In this document: piece by piece, positions 57,710-64,000 of the stretch
Numbering within the stretch: position 1 is the stretch's first letter
Layout of the letters: the number at the start of each line of letters is the position of its first letter
Assembly (NCBI GenBank): GCA_004102645.1
Contig: CP034928.1
Coordinates: forward strand, 1,106,153-1,170,152
Direction: 5' to 3'
DNA: 64,000 nt
Source: Candidatus Bipolaricaulis sibiricus
Lineage (GTDB): Bacteria; Bipolaricaulota; Bipolaricaulia; Bipolaricaulales; Bipolaricaulaceae
The notes under the pieces: generated by a model
What the model was told of the DNA's origin: nothing
Seen by the model: only the letters and a program-made list of their open reading frames with translations
Databases searched by the model: none
Made by a program: the position numbers and the translations under genes

Positions 57710-58512
57710 AGACCTGCGCGACAGCACTCTGCATCCTCGCGGCAGCCCTGACCAGCGCCGCTGCGGGGTTCATCGGCGGGGACATCCTGTTCGACCTCGG
57801 GGCAGGAGCGCGCAGCGCCGGAATGGGGGGAGCCGGGATCGCTCTCCCCGCGAGCGACGCCTTGTTCGTCAACCCGGCGGGTCTCCCGTGGGTCGAGGGC
57901 ATCCAGGTTGTCTCCACCTATGGGAACGTGTTCGACGTCGCCGACTTCGGCGCGCTGTCCGTTGGGATGCCGGGGCTTGCGGCGGCCGGGCTCGTGCTAG
58001 ACGCAGGGACGATTGGGCCTGCCCTCGCCTATCGAACCACCGGTGCCGTGGTGGGAGCCGGCGTGCGCCTGGGACCGCTGGGGGCTGGCGTGCGGGCACG
58101 CCTGGTGCGCCCAGTGGCTCCTGTTCCCGGCGCGGGCGGAGCCCTCGACTTCGCCCTCCTCTGGCGCGGCCCCGTGCAGGTGGGAGCGGTGTGGCGTGCT
58201 ATCCTTTCCCAAGCCCCTGTTGCAGCTGAGTCCTGGCCTGCCGAACTTGAAGTTGGCCTCGCGCTGCCGGTTCGGGGTTTCGGCCTTAGCGCGTCGCTCG
58301 CCCTCGATGTGACCGGCGTGGGTACCGACCCCTCATTCGCCCTTGGCGGCGAGGTGGGTGCCGATTGGCTCTTCATCCGTGCCGGGTACGGCCCCGCCGG
58401 TGTCGCCATCGGCGGCACGGTGCGGTGGAGGCCGTTCGCCCTTGACTGGGCGGTTCTCCTGCACCCGGTTCTACCGGCCACGTATCGCGTATCCTTTGCA
58501 GTGAGACTATGA
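57706..58512 (+). CDS. PorV/PorQ-like outer-membrane beta-barrel protein (copy 1)
   Basis: Signal peptide, GARSAGMGGAGIA...NPAGL, alternating beta-strand pattern and C-terminal YRVSFAVRL. Confidence 0.7.
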   Translation: MKTCATALCILAAALTSAAAGFIGGDILFDLGAGARSAGMGGAGIALPASDALFVNPAGLPWVEGIQVVSTYGNVFDVADFGALSVGMPGLAAAGLVLDAGTIGPALAYRTTGAVVGAGVRLGPLGAGVRARLVRPVAPVPGAGGALDFALLWRGPVQVGAVWRAILSQAPVAAESWPAELEVGLALPVRGFGLSASLALDVTGVGTDPSFALGGEVGADWLFIRAGYGPAGVAIGGTVRWRPFALDWAVLLHPVLPATYRVSFAVRL

Positions 58513-61500
58513 TGAGAAGATACCTACTCGTTCTCCTCGTCGGCGGCGGCATCGCGTTGGCCCAGCAGACCCCCAGCTTCAACCTAACAGTGAGTGGGGA
58601 GAAGACGTGGACCATCTGGCTCGGGTTGGGGTCGGCGAGCCTGCTTGCGGACCAGGACCTGACCCCGGGCCAACCCGCCCTCACCCAGACCCTGCGCGCG
58701 ATGATCGAGGGCAAGGCCCTCGGGTTCATCACCCTCCGGGCGAGCTTCAACGATCAGCTCGACGTCGGGTTCCAGGACTTCTTGCTCACCGTGGATCGCA
58801 CTCCGTGGACGGGAGAACTCGGCCGGTTCGTCGTCGGGGCGGAGGGAGAGGGCCTCGGGGTGTACAACAAGCGCGTCCTAGGCGCCCGGGTCGGCTACGC
58901 CAGCGATGGTGTGGCGCTGAACGCCGTCGTGACGCGGCTCGAGGGCATCTCCGAGTCGCGCACGTTCCGCGGGGAGGAAGGCCGCGGGGAGGCCCTATTC
59001 ACGGTCAACGATCCCGACGAGCCGTGGCGCGAGGCGGCCTACCTCCGCTCCGTGGAGGGCCTCGCCTACTGGCCGCTCCGGATTCAGTTCGTGGAAGGAC
59101 TGACGAACGTCCAGCTTCGCCTGAGCGGAACCTCCGCCCTGTGGACGTTCCTCGCCGAGTGGGGCCTCGACTTCATCCGGGACGACCTGGCCGCCGAGCT
59201 GGTGACCCCGCTGACAGCGGCAGAGTACGTCGTGCTGCGCAACGAGCGCGACGATCTTGCCCTGCGCGTCGCGCCGTCCACCCTGGCGCGGCGGCGAGTC
59301 CAGCAGGCGATCGACGCCTACAACGCACGTCTTGGGCTTACGGGCAAAGATCGCAAGACCTACCCGTTCGTCGAAGCTAGCGAGCTCGAAAACCGCTTCC
59401 TGGCGGGGTTCACCGGGTTTCTCGCCGTCCTCGTCGACGACGACGCCCACCCGTTCTCCGACCTCGCGCGCCGCCGCTACCTGTTCCTCGGCGAGCGCGA
59501 CGTGATCGAGGGGTCGGTCGAGGTGTGGATCCGCCGGCCGGGAGAGACCGACTACCGTCCGTCGACGGATCCCGAGCTTGGAGAGTACACCTGGACGCTG
59601 CTGCCTGCCGACGGGACACTGCGCATTTCGTTCCCCTCAGCGTTCTTCACAGGGGGCGCAGTGCGCGTCGCCTTTGCCTACCGTCGGGAGGGGACGGCTT
59701 TCTCCCTGGGCCCCTCGCTTGTCCCAGGCTCAGAGCGGGTGACGCTCAACGGGCGCCGGCTCGCCCGGGGCACCGACTACAGCCTGGACTACGCGTCTGG
59801 CGTCCTGCTCCTGTTCACCCCCCTCGGGCCCGACGACGAGCTACGGGTCGACTTCGAACGCCAGCGCGGCGGGCTGGGCGCCGTCACCGACTACGAGCGG
59901 AACCTGTTCGGGCTTACCCTCAGCGTGCCCGGCTGGGACGGGTTCAAGCTCGCCCTGTACCGGGCGATGGACTCCGGCTCGCCCCGACCCACCACGCACA
60001 CGATGCCCAACACCCACAGCGTGGCCGCCGTGTCCGCGTCGGGCAAGGTCGCGGGGTGGACCTACAGCCTGAGCCTCGCTGGATCGGAGAACATCTTTCC
60101 CTTCGACGACAACGCCCGCGTACCCTCTGCGAATCGAGTTCGCGCAATCGTCAGTGCTCAGGCTCCTGATGGGGAGTACGTGATCCTCGGGCACCACAAC
60201 GGTCTCACCGTGTACAAGGACGGGACGTTCGCCGCCTACGGGCCCGCCCACGGCCTGGGGGGTCGGTCGGTTCATGCCCTGCTCGCTCTCCCCGGGCAAC
60301 TGCTCGTCGGCACAGATGCGGGGCTGACCGTGGTCCGCCTGGCCGAGGCGACGCCGTTCGATCGCGTGAGGAGTTGGGTCAGGGTCACCGGGACAGACCA
60401 ACTCCCGGGAACCGAAGTTCTGGCCCTGACCCGCGCCGACGGCCGGGTGTACCTCGCCACTGACACCGCCCTCGTCTCGTTCCGGGCCGCCGATAGCGAG
60501 GACCCCAGCAAGTGGGATCGAGCGGACCTGCCCACCAACGGCGGCCGACCGACAGCCCTGCTGGGGACGGACGGGCGGCTGTACCTCGGCACGACCAGCG
60601 GGCTCTACCTGCGCACCGACGGGGAGTGGATGCTCGTCGTCGACGCCGCGGGGATGATCCACGACCTCCTCGCCCGCGGCCAGGACGTGTACGTGGCGTC
60701 CGAGCACGGCATTCGGATCCTCCGCGGCGCGAGCGGTGTGGGGTGGGCAGCGTTCGGGACGGCCGTGTACGGTCTGGCGCTGCGGGACGGCATCCTGTGG
60801 TACGCGGCCGAGGACGGCCTGTGGCAAGAGAACCAGATCGGCCCTGTCGTCAGCGGGCCCGTGACCGCGGTCGGGGCCGGGCAAGGGGCGGTGTGGGCGG
60901 CCGCCAAGGCCAGCGCGGACTTCCGGCTCGACCTGTGGCGGGTGATCGACAGCGCGGAGAGGCTCCCCCCGACCCGGACCAAGCTCGACGGCCGCGACCT
61001 CGGGCGGTTCCAGGACATCCCAGCGGCAGACCACACCCGGTACGGGACCTCGGCCAGCCTCGCCCTGACCCAGACCTTCGGCGACTGGCAGTGGGAGCTG
61101 CGCGCGGCGAGCCGGCTGCCGGGGTACGAGGAGATCGGGCGCCCTGGGCGCTCCGACAGCCACGGGCTGAGCCTTGCCGCCCGCTACACCGGCGGCGGCC
61201 CGACGAGCGTCGACGTCCGGGCGAGGTGGGATCTGACCAACCTCGCGACCAAGCCCCGCGGCCGACTCGCCGGCAGCGTGGACTGGCGCTGGTCCGACGG
61301 CCCCACCGCCACTGTGTCCATCACCCCGACCCTCACCGGTGACGGGCTGGTGTCGTTCCACCAGCTGGAGCTGGGGTGGCAGGCCGGTCTGTCGAACAAG
61401 ACCCAGGCGTGGTCGTGGGGGGTGACCACCAGCGGTACGTTCCGCTCCCCCGCCCTCGTCGCCTCCGGTCAGCTCGGGGCGACCTTGTCCATCGTTCCGG

Positions 61501-62375
61501 TGCCGGGGTGGACGATGGACCTGAGCTGGACCCGGCCGTTCCGTACAACGGGCGCCCCGGGCAGCGAGACGTTCCGCGCCGTCCTACGGTGGGCTGCCGA
61601 GACCGACCGCGCGTCGCTCAATGCAAGCTGGCAGGAGGACTGGCGACACCATCTCACCGCCGGCACGTGGCGGGACGAGCGCACCCTCCAGGGCGATGCG
61701 CGATGGAAGGCATGGTCGATCCCCGATGGCGGCACTCTCACAACGCGCCTGTCGACGTCAGTCCGACTCAGTCCCACTGAGCAGCGCTGGACCTCCCGTG
61801 TGGAGGCCGACATCGCTCGTTCGCCGAACGTGATCCGGCTTCGGGTCACCCTCGGGCAGGGTCTTCTGCCGCTCACCGAGCGGTCCGATCGAACCCTCGG
61901 TCTCTCTGTGTATTGGGAGACCACGGCCTGGGAGGGGGTGCGGGCCTCCCTGCAATGGGACAGGTCGTGGCTCACCCTCTCCCATCCTCGCTACCCAACG
62001 CAGACCACGGACAAGGAAGAGGTTACAGCCCGCGCAACGTGGGAACCGAAGGGTGCCACCTGGCGAGACGCCCTCACCCTGACCTGGAAACCCCGTGCCA
62101 AGGAGGCAGCCCTCTCCAATCGGCTGACATGGGCCCTCGGAGCAGCCTCCCTGTCGGTAGACACGTCCGCCACCCTCAAGGGTGAGGCGCTTGATGTGAA
62201 GACCACGGCCCAGCTCGGTCTACCTCTGGACACCATCCTCACCGCCCTCGGAGCGAGGCCGATCGGCGACACATGGGGGATCAGCGCCGAGATGGGTCAC
62301 ATCGTGTCCCTCAAGGGGAGAGCCGAGCCCAGACATGCCCTGTTCATGGGCGTGACTCTCGCTGTCCGGTTCTGA
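58509..62375 (+). CDS. Large secreted beta-rich protein with a SprA-like motif and internal beta-propeller
   Basis: Signal peptide; LVPGSERVTLNGRRLARGTDYSLDYASG; propeller repeats (LLVGTDAGL, LYLGTTSGLY, LWYAAEDGLW); C-terminal strands ending in F. Confidence 0.7.
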   Translation: MMRRYLLVLLVGGGIALAQQTPSFNLTVSGEKTWTIWLGLGSASLLADQDLTPGQPALTQTLRAMIEGKALGFITLRASFNDQLDVGFQDFLLTVDRTPWTGELGRFVVGAEGEGLGVYNKRVLGARVGYASDGVALNAVVTRLEGISESRTFRGEEGRGEALFTVNDPDEPWREAAYLRSVEGLAYWPLRIQFVEGLTNVQLRLSGTSALWTFLAEWGLDFIRDDLAAELVTPLTAAEYVVLRNERDDLALRVAPSTLARRRVQQAIDAYNARLGLTGKDRKTYPFVEASELENRFLAGFTGFLAVLVDDDAHPFSDLARRRYLFLGERDVIEGSVEVWIRRPGETDYRPSTDPELGEYTWTLLPADGTLRISFPSAFFTGGAVRVAFAYRREGTAFSLGPSLVPGSERVTLNGRRLARGTDYSLDYASGVLLLFTPLGPDDELRVDFERQRGGLGAVTDYERNLFGLTLSVPGWDGFKLALYRAMDSGSPRPTTHTMPNTHSVAAVSASGKVAGWTYSLSLAGSENIFPFDDNARVPSANRVRAIVSAQAPDGEYVILGHHNGLTVYKDGTFAAYGPAHGLGGRSVHALLALPGQLLVGTDAGLTVVRLAEATPFDRVRSWVRVTGTDQLPGTEVLALTRADGRVYLATDTALVSFRAADSEDPSKWDRADLPTNGGRPTALLGTDGRLYLGTTSGLYLRTDGEWMLVVDAAGMIHDLLARGQDVYVASEHGIRILRGASGVGWAAFGTAVYGLALRDGILWYAAEDGLWQENQIGPVVSGPVTAVGAGQGAVWAAAKASADFRLDLWRVIDSAERLPPTRTKLDGRDLGRFQDIPAADHTRYGTSASLALTQTFGDWQWELRAASRLPGYEEIGRPGRSDSHGLSLAARYTGGGPTSVDVRARWDLTNLATKPRGRLAGSVDWRWSDGPTATVSITPTLTGDGLVSFHQLELGWQAGLSNKTQAWSWGVTTSGTFRSPALVASGQLGATLSIVPVPGWTMDLSWTRPFRTTGAPGSETFRAVLRWAAETDRASLNASWQEDWRHHLTAGTWRDERTLQGDARWKAWSIPDGGTLTTRLSTSVRLSPTEQRWTSRVEADIARSPNVIRLRVTLGQGLLPLTERSDRTLGLSVYWETTAWEGVRASLQWDRSWLTLSHPRYPTQTTDKEEVTARATWEPKGATWRDALTLTWKPRAKEAALSNRLTWALGAASLSVDTSATLKGEALDVKTTAQLGLPLDTILTALGARPIGDTWGISAEMGHIVSLKGRAEPRHALFMGVTLAVRF

Positions 62376-62429
62376 GAGGGAGACGTCTCAGAACAACACG
62401 CGGGGCTGACCTGCCGACGGTCAGCCCCG
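62369..62429. terminator. Tandem hairpins between convergent operons (bidirectional terminator candidate)
   Basis: GTTCTGAGA/TCTCAGAAC (62369-62377/62386-62394) and CGGGGCTGACC/GGTCAGCCCCG (62401-62411/62419-62429). Confidence 0.65.
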
Positions 62430-62436
62430 TGCGTCT

Positions 62437-63288
62437 CTAGAACCGAGCGCCGAACCCGAACCGGTGCGAGGCTGACAGGACCGGATGCGTGAGCAGCGCG
62501 TAGTCGAGCACGAACATTCCCCATCGCGCCCCAAGACCGAGCGCCCACTGCAGGCCCGCCTGGAAGCGCAGACCAGCGCGAATCTCGAACGCCCCGAACG
62601 CAGACCATCCGACCCCGATTGCCGTGTACTCCGCGGTGAGGTCCATCGCGAGGGTCAACCCAAGGGGATTCACCAGCGCCACACCCGCCGCGAGATCCGT
62701 TGTCCAACCATCGCTCGTCTCCCCAACCGTGGGTCCGAACCCAAACTCTCGCAGTGCCAGGCCTACTCGGAGCGGCCCCACCGGGGTGCCCAACCGCCCG
62801 AGGAGCCCCACGTCGAGCGCAAACCCGCTCCCCGACGCGTCAGCGATGCGCACGTTGTGGTACTTGATCGCCACCCCACCCGCTGCCGGGAAGGGAAACA
62901 CGCGTAGCATCGTCAGATCGAACGCGGCACCCAGCACAGCCGCCAGGTGCGAGAAGGCGAGCGGATCGCCCTCTGGATCCGTGATCCCGCCGACCCCGAG
63001 GTACCCCACCCCCGCACCGAAGTTCGGGACCGCACCCCCGATCCACGTCACCGAGTACAGCCCGAGCACGCTCGACAGGCTCGAGTCGGCGCGCGTCCCG
63101 GTTGACCACGCCAGCCCGGCCGGGTTGGTGAGGAGGGCCTCCGTGCCCTCGGCGATGGCGATGTACGCCCCGCCGAACCCCATCGCCCGAACCCCCAGAC
63201 CCACGTCGAACGGGTTCGGCAAGCCCTGGCCCAGGGCCAGCGTCCCGGCCAAGACCACGCCCAACAGCGTGAACGCTCGTCGCATCAT
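62437..63288 (-). CDS. PorV/PorQ-like outer-membrane beta-barrel protein (copy 2)
   Basis: GAGGAGG RBS; signal peptide; GVRAMGFGGAYIA...NPAGL; GFALDVG; C-terminal HRFGFGARF. Confidence 0.72.
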   Translation of the reverse strand: MMRRAFTLLGVVLAGTLALGQGLPNPFDVGLGVRAMGFGGAYIAIAEGTEALLTNPAGLAWSTGTRADSSLSSVLGLYSVTWIGGAVPNFGAGVGYLGVGGITDPEGDPLAFSHLAAVLGAAFDLTMLRVFPFPAAGGVAIKYHNVRIADASGSGFALDVGLLGRLGTPVGPLRVGLALREFGFGPTVGETSDGWTTDLAAGVALVNPLGLTLAMDLTAEYTAIGVGWSAFGAFEIRAGLRFQAGLQWALGLGARWGMFVLDYALLTHPVLSASHRFGFGARF

Positions 63289-63295
63289 CCCCTCC

Positions 63296-64000
63296 TCAGC
63301 GCACCACAAGGATCTTCCCGACTTCTGAAGAGATGGTCCCACCGTCCACGCGGGCTGTGACAAGGAAGAAGTACAGCCCGTCGGCGATCGCGCGACCATT
63401 CCCATCCCTGAGATCCCACGTGAACTGCGTGCCCGTCACATCGCTCCGCCGCACCTCGCGGCCCAGCATATCGAAGATCTGGATCTGGGCCTGAGCTGCG
63501 CCGGCGGGCAGGACGAGCTGAATCCGGCACTGGGTCCGCGCAGGGTTGTCCAGCAGCCGGGTACCAATGCCGCCGCCAACCGGCAACACCGTGACGTCTC
63601 GGGCGAACCACTCTCCCCACCCCCCGGCGTCGCGGGCCCGTGCCTGAACCCGGAACACACCGCTCGCGGCGAAGGTATGGGTCTTGACGTTCGTCTCGCT
63701 CGGCACAACCGTGTCATCGCCCAACTTCCACTCATAGCCCGTGATGGGGTCTCCGTCCGGATCGGCGGCCGTGGCCGTGAACGTGATCGCCTGCCCCACC
63801 TGAGGATCGGCGGGGTTCGGCGTGATCGCGCTCACCACCGGCCGTCGGTTCACAGGAGTGGCGGTCACCGTGACCACCTTCTCCTTCGTGCCGACCTCAC
63901 CCCGGCTGTTCGTGACCGAAAGGACCACGGTGTACGTGCCCGCCGCAGCGTAGGTGTGCGTCGGATTCTGCACCGTCGACGTCCCGCCGTCCCCAAACGC
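63296..64000 (-). CDS. PKD-domain protein with a T9SS type-A-like C-terminal domain, 5'-truncated by the window edge
   Basis: The frame stays open to the edge (FGDGGTSTVQNPTHTY, PKD). A second PKD-like repeat has YEWKLGD. C-terminus NPAR...IFDMLGR...WDLRDGNG...DGLY...KILVVR. Confidence 0.9.
   Translation of the reverse strand, partial: AFGDGGTSTVQNPTHTYAAAGTYTVVLSVTNSRGEVGTKEKVVTVTATPVNRRPVVSAITPNPADPQVGQAITFTATAADPDGDPITGYEWKLGDDTVVPSETNVKTHTFAASGVFRVQARARDAGGWGEWFARDVTVLPVGGGIGTRLLDNPARTQCRIQLVLPAGAAQAQIQIFDMLGREVRRSDVTGTQFTWDLRDGNGRAIADGLYFFLVTARVDGGTISSEVGKILVVR

Noticed and set aside
1-64000. CRISPR arrays, IS elements, rRNA
   Set aside because: No regularly spaced repeats, transposase motifs or rRNA sequence were seen on reading.

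Overview
High-GC bacterial chromosomal segment of roughly 60 genes plus one tRNA-Ile(GAT). It contains no rRNA, CRISPR array, integrase or transposase. Gene content suggests an anaerobe that is probably thermophilic or derived from thermophiles; it is reminiscent of Ca. Bipolaricaulota/Acetothermia, but that placement is inference only. Main blocks: (1) pheS and a complete polyamine operon (bpsA, pyruvoyl arginine decarboxylase, deoxyhypusine-synthase-like, speD, speE, speB). (2) A 12-13 kb minus-strand [NiFe] Hox-type hydrogenase operon with a DRTGG/PHP/ATPase regulatory cassette and two different NuoE/NuoF diaphorase pairs. (3) Mixed metabolic and secreted-protein genes, including a Cys-rich secreted peptide gene broken by an in-frame TGA. 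(4) Rubredoxin and its reductase, a 2-oxoacid:ferredoxin oxidoreductase, nagA, polA, ruvC, rplI, murJ, Rrf2, dxr, ftsH. (5) At 55.5-64 kb, two convergent operons that look like a compact type IX secretion (T9SS)-like module: a SprA-like barrel with a beta-propeller insert, two PorV-like barrels and two cargo proteins with T9SS type-A-like C-terminal domains. Block 5 is the best candidate for an undescribed system. Many genes have a TANNNT -10 box 6-8 nt before the start codon and no Shine-Dalgarno, which suggests widespread leaderless transcription. All assignments come from reading motifs by eye; no database search was run.
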